Made by a program: the position numbers and the translations under genes. The notes beneath the pieces were generated by a model. That model saw only the letters and a list, made by a program, of their open reading frames with translations, ran no database searches and was not told where the DNA came from. 64,000 bases of DNA from contig CAWHFW010000005.1 of the NCBI GenBank assembly GCA_963828735.1, positions 1,824,001-1,888,000 of the forward strand. Direction: 5' to 3'. Positions 9,449 to 20,981 of this stretch are shown in pieces; positions within the stretch are counted from its first letter, which is position 1; the number at the start of each line of letters is the position of its first letter. This DNA is from an uncultured Gemmatimonadales bacterium. Its GTDB lineage: Bacteria; Gemmatimonadota; Gemmatimonadetes; Gemmatimonadales; GWC2-71-9.

Positions 9449-11812
9449 TCAGCTCGTCGTCCACCGCCAGTCGCGAATCTCCGGCAGGTCGTCGCCGTGC
9501 TCCTCGACATAGCGCGTGTGCTCGACCAGCCTGTCGCGGAGCGCCTGCTTCGCCTGCGCCGCGGTGGCGCTGAGCTTCGGCACCCGGTCGAACACGTCAG
9601 CCGCCAGGTGGAAGCGATCGAGCTGGTTCCGGACGGCCATGTCGAACGGCGTGGTGGTCGTCCCTTCCTCCTTGTACCCTCGAACGTGAAGGTTCGCGTG
9701 GTTCGTCCGCCGGTAGGTCAGCCGGTGGATGAGCCATGGGTAGCCATGGAACGCGAAGACGATGGGCTTGTCCGTCGTGAAGAGCGCGTCGAAGTCGCGA
9801 TCCGAGAGGCCGTGGGGATGCGCCGCGGCCGGCTGGAGCCGCATGAGATCGACCACGTTGATGACCCGTATCTTGAGCTCCGGCGCACGCTCGCGCAGGA
9901 GGCTTACCGCCGCCAGAGTCTCGAGCGTCGGCACGTCGCCCGCGCACGCCATGACCACGTCCGGGTCCCCGCCGCGGTCGTTGCTCGCCCATGCCCAGAT
10001 GCCGATGCCGGCGGCGCAGTGCTCGAGGGCGGCGCTCATGTCGAGATACTGGAGCTGGGGCTGCTTGCCGGCCACGATCACGTTCACGTAGTTGCGGCTC
10101 CGCAGGCAGTGATCCGCGACGGACAGCAGGGTGTTGGCGTCCGGCGGCAGATAGACCCGGATCACGTCCGCTTTCTTGTTGACGACGTGATCGATGAACC
10201 CGGGGTCCTGATGCGAGAACCCGTTGTGGTCCTGCCGCCAGACGTGGGACGTCAGCAGGTAGTTGAGGGACGCGATGGGCTGCCGCCAGGGAATCTCCCG
10301 GGTCACCTTGAGCCACTTCGCGTGCTGGTTGAACATCGAGGCCACGACGTGGACGAACGCCTCGTAGCAGGAGAAGAAGCCGTGCCGCCCAGTGAGGAGG
10401 TACCCCTCGAGCCATCCCTGGCACGTATGCTCGCTCAGTATCTCCATCACCCGGCCGTCGGGGCTCAGCTGTTCGTCATCGGGGACGCGATCGGCCATCC
10501 AGGTTCGGTCGGTGACCTCGAACAGCGCGTCGAGGCGGTTGGACGTGGTCTCGTCGGGCCCGAACACGCGGAAGTTCCGCCGCTCGAGATTGCCTTGCAT
10601 CACGTCCCGCAGGAACCTGCCGAGAACCCGCGTGGCCTCCCCGACGACCGTCCCGGGGCTCGGGACGGTGACGGCGTAGTCCTCGAAGCTCGGCAGGGCG
10701 AGATCCTGTAGCAGCAGGCCGCCGTTGGCATGCGCATTGGCGCTCATGCGCCGCGGGCCCTCGGGAGCCAATCGCGCCAGGTCCGGCACGAGGGCTCCGC
10801 GCTCGTCGAACAGCTCCTCCGCCCGATAGCTCTTCATCCATTGCTCGAGCAGCCTCACGTGGTCCGGCCGCTTGGCCATCTCCGCGAGCGGCACCTGGTG
10901 CGAACGCCAGGATCCTTCGGTCTTCTTGCCGTCCACCTCCTTCGGTCCGGTCCACCCCTTGGGGCTGCGCAGGATGATCATCGGCCACCGGGGGCGCGTG
11001 GCCTGGCCGGTCGAGCGTGCTTTCGCCTGGATCGCGCGGATGTCCCCGAGGACGGCGTCCATCGTCTCCGCCATCGCCTGGTGCATCGCCTCGGGCTCCG
11101 AGCCTTCGACGACGTACGGGCGGTACCCGTAGCCAACGACCAGGCTCATCAGCTCCTGGCGGCTGATTCGGGCGAGTATGGTCGGGCTGGCGATCTTGTA
11201 CCCGTTGAGGTGCAGGATCGGCAGCACCGCGCCATCGGTGACCGGATCGAGGAACTTGTTGCCGTGCCACCCTGTCGCCAGCGGCCCGGTCTCGGCCTCA
11301 CCGTCCCCCACCACGCAGGCCACGATGAGGCCCGGGTTGTCGAAGGCCGCGCCGAACGCGTGGGCCAGCGAGTAGCCCAGCTCTCCGCCCTCGTGAATGG
11401 AGCCGGGCGTCTCCGGCGCGGCGTGGCTCGGAATGCCGCCTGGGAACGAGAACTGCTTGAACAGCCGCTGGAGTCCGGCGAGGTCACGCGACACCTCGGG
11501 ATACAGCTCGCTGTACGTCCCTTCCAGATAGGTGTTCGCGACCACGCCGGGCCCGCCGTGGCCCGGTCCGGCGATGAAGATCATGTCCAGGTCGTCCCGC
11601 CGGATGACGCGGTTGAGGTGCGCGTAGATGAAGTTGAGCCCCGGCGTCGTGCCCCAATGCCCCAGCAGGCGGGGCTTGATGTGCTCCAGCGTCAGCGGCC
11701 GCCGGAGGAGGGGATTGTCCAGCAGATAAATCTGTCCGACGGAGAGGTAGTTCGCGGCGCGCCAGTAGGCGTCGATGGCGTGCAGCTCGGCGGGTGAAAG
11801 CGGTTGGTTCAT
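9449..11812 (-). CDS. xfp: Xylulose-5-P/fructose-6-P phosphoketolase
   Basis: [35 protein letters not shown] and [12 protein letters not shown]. Confidence 0.97.
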   Translation of the reverse strand: MNQPLSPAELHAIDAYWRAANYLSVGQIYLLDNPLLRRPLTLEHIKPRLLGHWGTTPGLNFIYAHLNRVIRRDDLDMIFIAGPGHGGPGVVANTYLEGTYSELYPEVSRDLAGLQRLFKQFSFPGGIPSHAAPETPGSIHEGGELGYSLAHAFGAAFDNPGLIVACVVGDGEAETGPLATGWHGNKFLDPVTDGAVLPILHLNGYKIASPTILARISRQELMSLVVGYGYRPYVVEGSEPEAMHQAMAETMDAVLGDIRAIQAKARSTGQATRPRWPMIILRSPKGWTGPKEVDGKKTEGSWRSHQVPLAEMAKRPDHVRLLEQWMKSYRAEELFDERGALVPDLARLAPEGPRRMSANAHANGGLLLQDLALPSFEDYAVTVPSPGTVVGEATRVLGRFLRDVMQGNLERRNFRVFGPDETTSNRLDALFEVTDRTWMADRVPDDEQLSPDGRVMEILSEHTCQGWLEGYLLTGRHGFFSCYEAFVHVVASMFNQHAKWLKVTREIPWRQPIASLNYLLTSHVWRQDHNGFSHQDPGFIDHVVNKKADVIRVYLPPDANTLLSVADHCLRSRNYVNVIVAGKQPQLQYLDMSAALEHCAAGIGIWAWASNDRGGDPDVVMACAGDVPTLETLAAVSLLRERAPELKIRVINVVDLMRLQPAAAHPHGLSDRDFDALFTTDKPIVFAFHGYPWLIHRLTYRRTNHANLHVRGYKEEGTTTTPFDMAVRNQLDRFHLAADVFDRVPKLSATAAQAKQALRDRLVEHTRYVEEHGDDLPEIRDWRWTTS

Positions 11813-11986
11813 CCTTCGCTCCTGGCATTCGTGGCCCACCGGACGTCGCCGACGGGACCTACGAAGCAAGGTAGCCCCCCCTTGGGACCAGGTCATGGGT
11901 TCCGCCGGTTCCGCGCGGCCGGCGTCCGCGGTAAGTCTTAGGGGGAAAATGCCGGCGATGGTGACCGTAGCTCGGGGTGGGCAACG

Positions 11987-13048
11987 ATGCGCGTTCTGGT
12001 GATCAACTGCGGGAGCACGACGCTCAAGTACAAGCTATTCGAGGATAACGGCGGCGAGCTCGCGCAACTGGCGGGCGCCACGGTAGAGACCACAGCCGGA
12101 TTCCGCGCCGCGGTCGATCGAGCCATGGCGGCGCTTCCCTCGCAGCCGGACGTCATCGCCCATCGAGTCGTGCACGGCGGCGGGCGTATGCCGGACGTGG
12201 TCCGGATAAATGCCGAGGTGCTTCGCATGCTCCGCGAGGTCTCGCGACTCGCGCCGCTGCACAACGGGCCGGCGCTCGAGGGGATCGAGACCACCCTCGG
12301 CCTCGGCGTTCCCCTGATCGCCGCGCTGGATACGGCCTTTCACGATACGCTTCCGCCTCGGGCCTGGCGGTATGCCGTCCCCGAGATGGACGGCGTGCGC
12401 CGGTACGGGTTCCATGGCTGGTCGCACCGGTACGTCACCGAGCGCTACGCGGCGCTGACCGGCTCGCCCGAGCCCACGATCATCACGCTGCACCTTGGCG
12501 GCGGCTGCTCCGCGGCCGCCATCCAACGCGGACGCTCGGTGGATACGTCCATGGGCTACTCGCCGCTCGAAGGCCTGGTCATGGGTACGCGCGCGGGAGA
12601 CCTCGACCCCGGTATCCTGACCCATCTGCTGTACGAGGGCATGTCTCTGAAGCAGCTCGAGCACCTGCTGCACCACGGGAGCGGTCTGAAGGCGCTGGCG
12701 GGCACCGCCGACGTACGGGAGCTGCTCAAGCGCGATGACGCGGTGGCGGAGCTGGCGCTCGACGTCTTCTGCTATCGGGTCCAGAAATACGTCGGAGCGT
12801 ACCTCGCCGTCCTCGAAGGCGCGGAGGCGATCGTGTTCACCGGCGGCATCGGAGAGCACGCGCCGGAGATCCGGCGGCGGGTGTGCACGGGGTTCGGTTG
12901 GGCCGGCCTGACGCTGGACGTCGAGCGCAACCAGGGCAACGAGCTTCGGATCTCGACCGACGGGTCGCGCCTTGCGGCGTACGCGATCCCCACCGACGAG
13001 GAATACCTCATTGCCCGAGAGACGCTCACGCTGATGTCCGCGCCCTAG
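11987..13048 (+). CDS. ackA: Acetate/propionate kinase
   Basis: [41 protein letters not shown] and FTGGIGE. Confidence 0.95.
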   Translation: MRVLVINCGSTTLKYKLFEDNGGELAQLAGATVETTAGFRAAVDRAMAALPSQPDVIAHRVVHGGGRMPDVVRINAEVLRMLREVSRLAPLHNGPALEGIETTLGLGVPLIAALDTAFHDTLPPRAWRYAVPEMDGVRRYGFHGWSHRYVTERYAALTGSPEPTIITLHLGGGCSAAAIQRGRSVDTSMGYSPLEGLVMGTRAGDLDPGILTHLLYEGMSLKQLEHLLHHGSGLKALAGTADVRELLKRDDAVAELALDVFCYRVQKYVGAYLAVLEGAEAIVFTGGIGEHAPEIRRRVCTGFGWAGLTLDVERNQGNELRISTDGSRLAAYAIPTDEEYLIARETLTLMSAP

Positions 13049-14613
13049 GGCTCGCGCCACTTCGCGCCTTCCCGTGCGATGAATTCGTCCGCCACGGCCG
13101 GCCCCCACATCCCCGCGGCGTAGTTGGGAAAGTGGTCGGGGCGCTTGTTGGCCCAGAAGTCGATGATGGGATCCACCACCGCCCACGCCGCCTCGACCTC
13201 GTCGCTCCGGGTGAAGAGCGTGGCGTCGCCCAGCATGCAATCCAGCAGCAGCGTCTCGTAGGCATCGTGCTCCAGCTCGCCGAACGCCTCGGCATAGCTG
13301 AAATCCATGTCGACCGACCCCATCTCGACGTCCGGCCCCGGAACCTTCACGTCGAACCGCAGCGCGATGCCTTCCTGTGGCTGTACCCGGATGGCCAGCG
13401 TGTTGGGCTCGATGACCTGCCCTTCGGACAACGGGAACATGACGTGCGGCGGCTTCCGGAACTGGATGGCGATCTCGGACACCCGCCTCGGCAATCGCTT
13501 GCCGGAGCGGAGGTAGAACGGGACGTCGTGCCAGCGCCAGTTGTCGATCATGAAGCGGATGGCGCAGTACGTCGGCGTGCTGCTGTCGCGCGCGACGTTG
13601 GGCTCCTCCCGATACCCCGGGACGGGCTTCCCGTTGATCATGCCGGGCCCGTACTGGCCTCGCACCGCGTAGTCATGCATCACCGCGGGCGTGACGGGTC
13701 GGATGGCTCGGAGCACCTTCACCTTCTCGTCACGCACCGCGTCCGCGGAGAAGGTGACCGGCGGCTCCATCGCTACCATGGTGAGGAGCTGCAGCAGATG
13801 GTTCTGGAACATGTCCCGCACGACACCGGCTTCCTCGTAGTACTTGCCCCGATGCTCGACGCCGACGCTTTCGGCGACGGTGATCTGCACGTGGTGCACG
13901 TGTTGGCGGTTGCACACCGGCTCGAAGATGGAGTTGGCGAACCGGAAGACCAGGAGGTTCTGGACCGTCTCCTTGCCCAGGTAGTGGTCGATCCGGTACA
14001 CCTGGTGCTCGGCGAAGGCCCGGCGGACGCACGCGTTGAGCGCGCCCGCGCTGCCCAGGCTCTGACCGAACGGTTTCTCGATGATGATCCGGACCCAGGG
14101 ACGTTGCTTGGGGTCGGGTATCCGGGTGGCGATGCCCGATTCGGCCAGCCGGTTGACGGTCTCCTCGTACAGGCTGGGCGGAATGGCGAGGTAGAACAGG
14201 CGCCCGCTTCCGCCCGGCAGCTTTGTGTCGGTCTCCGCCAGGCGCTCCCGGATGGTGTCATAGGTGCCGGGATCATCCAGCCCTCCGGAGATGTAGTTGA
14301 GCCGCGCCGCAAATCGCTCCCAGGCCTTCGGCTCGAAATCGGCGTGATCCGGTAGGAAGGTCTTGAGCGCGTCTCCCACCTTGGCTTTGAAGGACGTGTC
14401 GTTCATCGGCTCGCGGGCGACGGTGATGATGGTGAACTCTTCGGGCAGGAGGCCGTCCAGCATCAGGTGATACAGCGACGGCATCAGCTTCCGGTGCAGG
14501 AGATCGCCGGCGCCGAAGATGACGAGGGTGCACGGCTCCGGTCGGTGCAGGTGCTGCGCGGCCTTCGGCGGAGTTTCCGGGGCGGCGACGGTCATCGAGG
14601 CTCTGGTCGTCAT
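13045..14613 (-). CDS. zwf: Glucose-6-phosphate 1-dehydrogenase
   Basis: GAGDL, IEKPFG, RIDHYLGKE and RDMFQNHLLQ. Confidence 0.97.
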   Translation of the reverse strand: MTTRASMTVAAPETPPKAAQHLHRPEPCTLVIFGAGDLLHRKLMPSLYHLMLDGLLPEEFTIITVAREPMNDTSFKAKVGDALKTFLPDHADFEPKAWERFAARLNYISGGLDDPGTYDTIRERLAETDTKLPGGSGRLFYLAIPPSLYEETVNRLAESGIATRIPDPKQRPWVRIIIEKPFGQSLGSAGALNACVRRAFAEHQVYRIDHYLGKETVQNLLVFRFANSIFEPVCNRQHVHHVQITVAESVGVEHRGKYYEEAGVVRDMFQNHLLQLLTMVAMEPPVTFSADAVRDEKVKVLRAIRPVTPAVMHDYAVRGQYGPGMINGKPVPGYREEPNVARDSSTPTYCAIRFMIDNWRWHDVPFYLRSGKRLPRRVSEIAIQFRKPPHVMFPLSEGQVIEPNTLAIRVQPQEGIALRFDVKVPGPDVEMGSVDMDFSYAEAFGELEHDAYETLLLDCMLGDATLFTRSDEVEAAWAVVDPIIDFWANKRPDHFPNYAAGMWGPAVADEFIAREGAKWREP

Positions 14614-15509
14614 GTGGTCTTCACCGCGTGGCCGCCGAATTCGTTCCGAAGTGCCGCGATGACCTTGGCCCCGAAGGAGTCGGCTTGCCGGGAGCGGAAC
14701 CGCGTGAGGAGCGACAGGGTGATCACCGGCGCCGGCACGTCGAGGTCGATCGCCTCCTGCACCGTCCAGCGGCCCTCGCCGGAGTCTTCCACGTAACCCT
14801 TCAATGCCGACAGGGCCGCGTCCTTCGCGAAGGCACGCTCGGCCAGCTCGTTGAGCCAGGAGCGGACCACGCTGCCCCGGTTCCAGACCGCCGCGATCTG
14901 ATGGAGGTCGAGATCGTAATCCTTGGACGCGTGCAGAATCTCGTAGCCCTCGGCATAGGCCTGGAGCATGCCGTACTCTATGCCGTTGTGGATCATCTTG
15001 ACGTAGTGACCGGCGCCCGGAGCGCCGACGTGTGCGTAGCCGTCCGGCGGCGCCAACGTACGGAAGATCGGCTCGCACTGCCGGAAGGCCTCGGCCGAGG
15101 CCCCGATCATCAGGCAGTACCCAACCGTCAGCCCCCAGATGCCGCCGCTGGTGCCGGCATCGATGAACTCCAGCCCCTTCTCCCGGAGCTTGGCGGCGCG
15201 GCGCTGGGAGTCGTGGAAGTTCGAGTTGCCGCCGTCGATGATGATGTCTCCCTTCGACAGCGCGGGCACCAGCTCGTCGATGGTGCTCTCGACCGGCGCG
15301 CCGGCGGGCACCATCACCCAGGCCACGCGAGGCGGGCGAAGCTGGCGGCACACGTCGGCCAGGTCCTTCGCGGCCGTGGCGCCCATCGCGACGTGCTGCT
15401 GCACGACGTCCGTGCTCCGGTCGAACACCACCAGCTCATGGCCGCCCTTCAACAGGCGCTGCACCATGTTGCCGCCCATGCGGCCCAGGCCGATCATGGC
15501 GAGCTGCAT
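14610..15509 (-). CDS. gnd: 6-phosphogluconate dehydrogenase, decarboxylating (short type)
   Basis: GLGRMG, IDGGNS, GHYVKMIHNGIEYG, DSGEGRWT and RNEFGGH. Confidence 0.95.
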   Translation of the reverse strand: MQLAMIGLGRMGGNMVQRLLKGGHELVVFDRSTDVVQQHVAMGATAAKDLADVCRQLRPPRVAWVMVPAGAPVESTIDELVPALSKGDIIIDGGNSNFHDSQRRAAKLREKGLEFIDAGTSGGIWGLTVGYCLMIGASAEAFRQCEPIFRTLAPPDGYAHVGAPGAGHYVKMIHNGIEYGMLQAYAEGYEILHASKDYDLDLHQIAAVWNRGSVVRSWLNELAERAFAKDAALSALKGYVEDSGEGRWTVQEAIDLDVPAPVITLSLLTRFRSRQADSFGAKVIAALRNEFGGHAVKTT

Positions 15510-15523
15510 CGAATGACCTCCTA

Positions 15524-16132
15524 TCAGGTGTGCACGCCCAGGCCCGCCAGCTCCTGGCGCAGTCGGACAGCGTCGGTGAAACGAATGGTCTTCATCCCGA
15601 GGGCGGAAGCCGGCGGGAGGTTCTGTTCCCGGTCGTCGACGAATACCGAGGCGGCCGGGTCGGACTGGGACATCGCGAGCGCAACCTCGTAGATCCGCCG
15701 GACGGGCTTCAGAATCCCCACCCAGCAGGACGAGAAAAACGTCGTGAAGATGTCGCGCAGGCCGAACGCCTCGAGCCGGTGCTGGTTCAGCTCCGCCGAC
15801 TCGTTGTTGATGGTCATGAGTCGATACTGCCCGGTCCGCGCCAGGGAGCGGGCCAGGTCGATGGTCTCCGGAAACGGCCTGCTTTGCGCCAGCATGAAGG
15901 TCCTGAACTCCTCCATGGCGAAGGGCCGCGGCCGGTGGAAGACCACGCACCGCAGATAGTCCTCCAGCGTCATCCGGCCCTGCTCCAGCATCGCGAACGT
16001 CTCGGCGTGAAGGTCCTCGAGCTCCGCGGGGTCGAGGCCGAAGTGCTGCACGGCCGCGCCGCGCTGATCCCGATCCCAGCCGTTGGTGCCGAGCACCCCG
16101 CCGATGTCGAAGAAGACCCTGGTGATTGTCAC
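15524..16132 (-). CDS. HAD family phosphatase
   Basis: FFDIGGVL motif I, KP and FVDD. Confidence 0.85.
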   Translation of the reverse strand: MTITRVFFDIGGVLGTNGWDRDQRGAAVQHFGLDPAELEDLHAETFAMLEQGRMTLEDYLRCVVFHRPRPFAMEEFRTFMLAQSRPFPETIDLARSLARTGQYRLMTINNESAELNQHRLEAFGLRDIFTTFFSSCWVGILKPVRRIYEVALAMSQSDPAASVFVDDREQNLPPASALGMKTIRFTDAVRLRQELAGLGVHT

Positions 16133-18816
16133 CGCTCGAGCAACCCGAGATCGGCCACGCGGATGGCCGGCCGGCCTCGACTCCTCAACGCGAGCAGGTC
16201 CCCCTCCGCCTGGGCCGCCTCCAGCCTGGCGAAGCCGAACGACTCGCCGGGAATCGGCAGGTCTTTCTCCGACCGTCCGGTGATCTGTAGGAAGTGTCCG
16301 ACGGGCCTCCCACCCTTGTGGAGCTGGCCGGTGGAGTGAAGGAACCTGGGTCCGTATCCCAGCGTGGTGGCGACTTTCAGGCGGTCGCGCAGCCGGAGTC
16401 GGATCGAGGCGAGGCGGCGGTCGTTCTCCGGCGTGGGCGGCAGATACGCCATGATGGCGAGGTAGTCGCCCGACTTGATGTCACCGAGGAACCGCTCCAG
16501 CTCCGCGGCCGAAGCGGCCGGCGACGGCGCGGTCTTCTTCGCCAGCACCGTCTTCGTGTTCGCCTTGCTCTCGGCCACGTTGGGCTGGTCGAACGGATTG
16601 ATGCGGAGCACGGCGCCCGCCACGGCGGTGGCGAACTCCCAGCGGAAGAACTCCTGTCCCAGGTCGTAGCGGTCATCCAGCCGGAGATGGACCACGGGAT
16701 GGCCGGCGGCCTCCAGCGCGGACAGGCGGGCCTCCGTTTCCGCGACGTCGTCGCCGGCCAGGGCCATCGAGACGAAGATCCGGTCGGCGCCATAGACCTC
16801 GGGCCCGCCGAGCGGCTCGTCGGCCACCGGCAGGACGCCCTTGCCTTCCTTGCCAGTGCTCTCGGCGATCAGCTGTTCCGCCCACAGACCGAAGCTCGCG
16901 ATGGCCGGCGAGAGGACGAACGTCGCCTTGTCGCGCCCGGCCAACGCCGCCTCGCCCAGAATGGCGCCGAGCCAGGCGGCTGGATTCTCCAGGGTCGGCA
17001 CACAGGCGGCGCAGGCCTCGGCCATTCGATGCGCGCGATGCAGCAGGGTCTCGACGTCGATCCCGATCAGGGCGGCCGGCACCAGGCCGAAATAGGAGAG
17101 CGCGGAGTAGCGGCCGCCGATGTCCGATGGATTGAGAAACACGCGGCGGAACCCACGCTCGCCGGCGAGCCGCTCGAGCGGCGTCCCGGGATCGGTGATC
17201 GCGACGAACTGCTGGCCGCGACCGCCCGAGCGCTCCCAGAAGTAGCGGAAGAAACTGTCGCTCTCCTGGGTAGTTCCCGACTTGCTCGAGATGATGAAGA
17301 GCGTCTTCGCCAGGTCGCTCCGTTCCGCCTGCCGTACGGCGTCGGGATCGGTGCTGTCGAGAACGTGAAGCGAGGGGTACTTCGGCGCGGCGCCGAAGGT
17401 GCGCCACAGCACCTCCGGCGCAAGGCTCGAGCCGCCCATGCCGCAGAGCACCACGCGATCGAACCCGGCACGCACCTCGTCGGCGAACGCCGTGAGGGCC
17501 TTCACCTGCTGGGCCATCGCCTTGCCCACGGTGAGCCAGCCGAGCCGATCGCGGATCTCCGGTGTGCTCGGGTCGTCGGTCCACACCGTCGGATCGTGGG
17601 CCCAGATGCGCCTGGTGGCCTGCGCCGCGCCCAGGGCGTCGAGCCGCTGCGAGACTCTGGCGTCGACGACGGGGAACACCGCGGAATGGCCGGGCGGCGC
17701 CTGGGAGGCGAGCGCCTGGCGCTTGGTCCGGATCACACCGAGCAGTGCCTCGAACGACTTGGCGAACTTCTCGATGCCGTCGTCCTCGAGCACGCGGGTG
17801 ACGTCGGCGAGGTCCACTCCACCGGCCGCCAGCCGCTCCAGGAGCAGGTGGGCGTCGCTGGCATCGTCCGTGAGCGTGCGGCGCACGGCCCCGTGATCCT
17901 CGAAGAGGCGGAGCGTTGCGGGGGGCATGGTATTGATCGTATCGGAGCCGATGAGCGAGTCCACGTAGAGGACGTCAGAGTAGCGCGTGTCCTTGGTGCC
18001 GGTGCTGGCCCACAGGAGCCGTTGAGGCCTGGCGCCGGCGGCGGCCAACCGCTGCCAGGCCGGGCTCGACAGATGGTCGCGAAACCAGGCGTAGGCCAGG
18101 CGCGCGTTGGCGATCGCGATCTTGCCGCGGAGATTGAGCAGCGGGCCGCCGATGGCGTCGATGCGGCGATCCGTCTCCGTGTCCACCCGACTCACGAAGA
18201 ACGAGGCGACGGAGGCGAGCCGATCGATCGGCTGCCCCGCGCGCTGCCGGGCCTCGAGCGCGCGGACGTAGGCTTCCGCCACTTCGCGGTAGTGGTCGAG
18301 CGAGAACAGCAACGTGACGTTGACGTTGATCCCGCCCGCGAGGAGCCGCTCGATCGCCGGCCACCCTTCCTTGGTGCCGGGCACCTTGATCATCAGGTTG
18401 GGCCGGTCCACCGCCGACCACAGCCGCCGCGCCTCGGCGATCGTTCCTTCGGTGTCGCGGGCAAGCGTGGGCGAGACCTCGAGGGACACGAAGCCGTCCT
18501 GCCCCGCGGTGCCGTCGTACACCGGCCGGAAGAGGTCCGCGGCGTGGCGAACGTCGTCCACGGCGAGCCGCTCGAAGATCTCCAGGTCGCTCTTCGGGGA
18601 CTTCGCCAGCGTCATCAGCTCGTCGTCGTAGTCACTGCTCCCGCCGATGGCGTGCTCGAAGATGGTCGGATTCGAGGTCATGCCCCGGAGACCGTCGTCG
18701 ATCAGCTCCTGCAGCTCCCCGGACCGGAACATCCCGCGGCGCAGGTAGTCCAGCCATACGCTCTGCCCGAGCTCGAGCAGGGCCTGCATGGCGGTACGTG
18801 TCGTTGAAGCGGTCAT
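16129..18816 (-). CDS. tal-pgi: Bifunctional transaldolase / glucose-6-phosphate isomerase
   Basis: N-terminal GMTSNPTIF, MIKVP, NVTLLFS and ASFFVSRVD; C-terminal GMGGSS, SSKSGTT, GGRYS, EQLIAESTGK and LHSTGQLHKGG. Confidence 0.95.
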   Translation of the reverse strand: MTASTTRTAMQALLELGQSVWLDYLRRGMFRSGELQELIDDGLRGMTSNPTIFEHAIGGSSDYDDELMTLAKSPKSDLEIFERLAVDDVRHAADLFRPVYDGTAGQDGFVSLEVSPTLARDTEGTIAEARRLWSAVDRPNLMIKVPGTKEGWPAIERLLAGGINVNVTLLFSLDHYREVAEAYVRALEARQRAGQPIDRLASVASFFVSRVDTETDRRIDAIGGPLLNLRGKIAIANARLAYAWFRDHLSSPAWQRLAAAGARPQRLLWASTGTKDTRYSDVLYVDSLIGSDTINTMPPATLRLFEDHGAVRRTLTDDASDAHLLLERLAAGGVDLADVTRVLEDDGIEKFAKSFEALLGVIRTKRQALASQAPPGHSAVFPVVDARVSQRLDALGAAQATRRIWAHDPTVWTDDPSTPEIRDRLGWLTVGKAMAQQVKALTAFADEVRAGFDRVVLCGMGGSSLAPEVLWRTFGAAPKYPSLHVLDSTDPDAVRQAERSDLAKTLFIISSKSGTTQESDSFFRYFWERSGGRGQQFVAITDPGTPLERLAGERGFRRVFLNPSDIGGRYSALSYFGLVPAALIGIDVETLLHRAHRMAEACAACVPTLENPAAWLGAILGEAALAGRDKATFVLSPAIASFGLWAEQLIAESTGKEGKGVLPVADEPLGGPEVYGADRIFVSMALAGDDVAETEARLSALEAAGHPVVHLRLDDRYDLGQEFFRWEFATAVAGAVLRINPFDQPNVAESKANTKTVLAKKTAPSPAASAAELERFLGDIKSGDYLAIMAYLPPTPENDRRLASIRLRLRDRLKVATTLGYGPRFLHSTGQLHKGGRPVGHFLQITGRSEKDLPIPGESFGFARLEAAQAEGDLLALRSRGRPAIRVADLGLLER

Positions 18817-19811
18817 ACCAGTTCCTTTCGCAGATCCATCGAGGCGCCGAAGGCCGCCGCCCCGAGCAAGCCGACGTTCGGATTCATGATGACGTGAATG
18901 GGAATGCGCGAGAGCATGCTGGACATCCGGCCCTTGTCCCGGAACGCGCGGAGGAATGCTCCGCTCCTCAGCCGCTCGACGAATCGAGGGGCGAGCCCTC
19001 CGGAGAGGTACACCCCGCCGGTCGCGACCACCGAGAGCGCCAGATTCCCTGCCTCGGCGCCGAGGACTTCGCAGAAGAGATCGAGGGCCTGATCGGAAAG
19101 GGAGTCGGACTTGTCGAGTGCATGCCGGACGATCACGACCGCCGGCGGCTCCACGTCCATCTCGGCCCGCACCGCGGGCTGCTCCGGTCCGTCGCCGGAC
19201 GAGGCGAGGTACCGATAGGCGTTCAGGAGCCCGGGCCCCGACAGGAGCCGCTCCCAGGAGACCCGGCCGAACTGTTGCGCGAGGAACTCGAGCAGCTCAC
19301 TCTGCTGCTTGCCGCGAGGGGCGAAATCGGCGTGGCCGCCTTCCGAGGGCAGGACCAGATAGTGCCCGTTGTCCCACACCAGAAATCCCTGCCCGAGGCC
19401 GGTTCCGGCACCGATCAGGCCGATCGGCCCCTGCGGCGTCGGGCTTCCTTCCTGGAGGGTCGCCAGATCGGACGGTCCCAGCAGCTCGATGGCATGCCCG
19501 ACCGCGACGAGATCGTTGATGATGGTGGTGCGCGGTATCTCGATCTCGGCGGCCAGCGTCGAGGCGCTCACCTTCCAGGGAAGATTGGGGGCGGTGCACT
19601 CACTGTCGATCACGGGACAGGCGATCGCGATACAGGCGCGCTCGGGCCTGGTGGCCGCAGTCTCGCAGAAGGCGCGGACGATCGGCGCGAGCCCCGGGTA
19701 GCCGCGGCTCGGATAGGTCTTCTGCTGCACGAAGCTGGCGCGCAGGCCATTCATCTCCACGATGGCGAGCCGCGCGTTGGTGCCGCCGATATCGCCCGCC
19801 AGGAGTGTCAC
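18813..19811 (-). CDS. glk: Glucokinase
   Basis: GDIGGTNARL, IINDL, GAGTGLG and SEGGH; GTG start overlaps the pgl stop. Confidence 0.93.
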   Translation of the reverse strand: MTLLAGDIGGTNARLAIVEMNGLRASFVQQKTYPSRGYPGLAPIVRAFCETAATRPERACIAIACPVIDSECTAPNLPWKVSASTLAAEIEIPRTTIINDLVAVGHAIELLGPSDLATLQEGSPTPQGPIGLIGAGTGLGQGFLVWDNGHYLVLPSEGGHADFAPRGKQQSELLEFLAQQFGRVSWERLLSGPGLLNAYRYLASSGDGPEQPAVRAEMDVEPPAVVIVRHALDKSDSLSDQALDLFCEVLGAEAGNLALSVVATGGVYLSGGLAPRFVERLRSGAFLRAFRDKGRMSSMLSRIPIHVIMNPNVGLLGAAAFGASMDLRKELV

Positions 19812-20530
19812 GACGTGGCACTCCGGCTGGTGAGCAGCGCCGCGGCCGCGAGATCGAGAAACCACGTGCCCCGCCGCGCGAGCTGCACCGGGACGGCGTT
19901 CGGCGTGAGCGGCCCTTCAATGGCCCGCGCGACGGCCGGCGCCTTGTCCTCGCCGGTCGCGATCACGGCCACAACCCGCGCCTCCTCGATCACCGGCGGC
20001 GTAATGGTCAGCCGTTCGGCCGGAAGCTTGTTCCCGAGCACCGCCACGACCCGCCGCCGGCGCTCGTCGAGCGCGGCGGAGCCCGGAAAGAGCGACGCCG
20101 TGTGGCCGTCCGCCCCCATGCCGAGCACGAGCACGTCGAGCCGCGGCGGCAATAGCCGCTCGTAGTCGCGCGCGGCGGCATCCCGGTCGGGCCGCTCGGC
20201 CTCCATGCGGTGGATCCGGCCGGCGAGACTCGGCACCCGGGTGAGCAGGGTCGCGCACACCATGCGATAGTTGCTGTCGGGATGATCGGGTGGAACGCCG
20301 CGCTCGTCACCGAAGTAGACGTCGACCTTGCTCCAATCGATGCCCCGGCCGGACGCCAGCTGGCGATAGACCGGCTCGGGCGTCCGCCCTCCCGCGAGAC
20401 ACAGCGAGCACCGGTCTCGCTCGGCGATCGCCCGAGTGATCTCGCCGTCCAGCCACTCGGCCGTCGGCCGTGCCAGCGCGGCGAGATCGGCCGACACGTT
20501 CACCTGCGTCGTCCCGAGGTCACGTGTCAC
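19808..20530 (-). CDS. pgl: 6-phosphogluconolactonase
   Basis: [23 protein letters not shown] and [13 protein letters not shown]. Confidence 0.95.
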   Translation of the reverse strand: MTRDLGTTQVNVSADLAALARPTAEWLDGEITRAIAERDRCSLCLAGGRTPEPVYRQLASGRGIDWSKVDVYFGDERGVPPDHPDSNYRMVCATLLTRVPSLAGRIHRMEAERPDRDAAARDYERLLPPRLDVLVLGMGADGHTASLFPGSAALDERRRRVVAVLGNKLPAERLTITPPVIEEARVVAVIATGEDKAPAVARAIEGPLTPNAVPVQLARRGTWFLDLAAAALLTSRSATS

Positions 20531-20981
20531 CGCGACGCTGCTCCTCCTCGATCGCCCGGATCTTGCCGAGCCGGCGCTCGTGGCGCTCCTCGTGCGTGAA
20601 GCGGGCCGCGAGGAATGCCCGCACCAGCTCGCGCGCCAGCTCGAGGCCGATCACGCGGGCGCCGAGCACCAGGACGTTCATGTCGTCGTGCTCGACGCCC
20701 TGATGGGCCGAGTAGGTGTCGTGACACAGGCCGGCCCGGATGCCGGAAAACCGGTTGGCGGCGACGGACGCGCCGACGCCGCTCCCGCAGATCAGGATGC
20801 CCCGCTCGGCTTCGCCGGCGAGCACCGCGCGGGCCAGCCGCGCGGCCACGTCCGGATAGTCCACCGGCTCGGGACGGTAGGTCCCGAGGTCCTCCACCGT
20901 GTGCCCGAGCGCGCGGAGAGAAGGGATCAGCTCCTGCTTGAGCGCGAATCCCGCGTGGTCGGCGGCGATGCCGATCGTCAT
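20520..20981 (-). CDS. rpiB: Ribose-5-phosphate isomerase B
   Basis: ADHAG, DYPD, CGSGVG, HDDMNVL and RHERR. Confidence 0.93.
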   Translation of the reverse strand: MTIGIAADHAGFALKQELIPSLRALGHTVEDLGTYRPEPVDYPDVAARLARAVLAGEAERGILICGSGVGASVAANRFSGIRAGLCHDTYSAHQGVEHDDMNVLVLGARVIGLELARELVRAFLAARFTHEERHERRLGKIRAIEEEQRRGDT

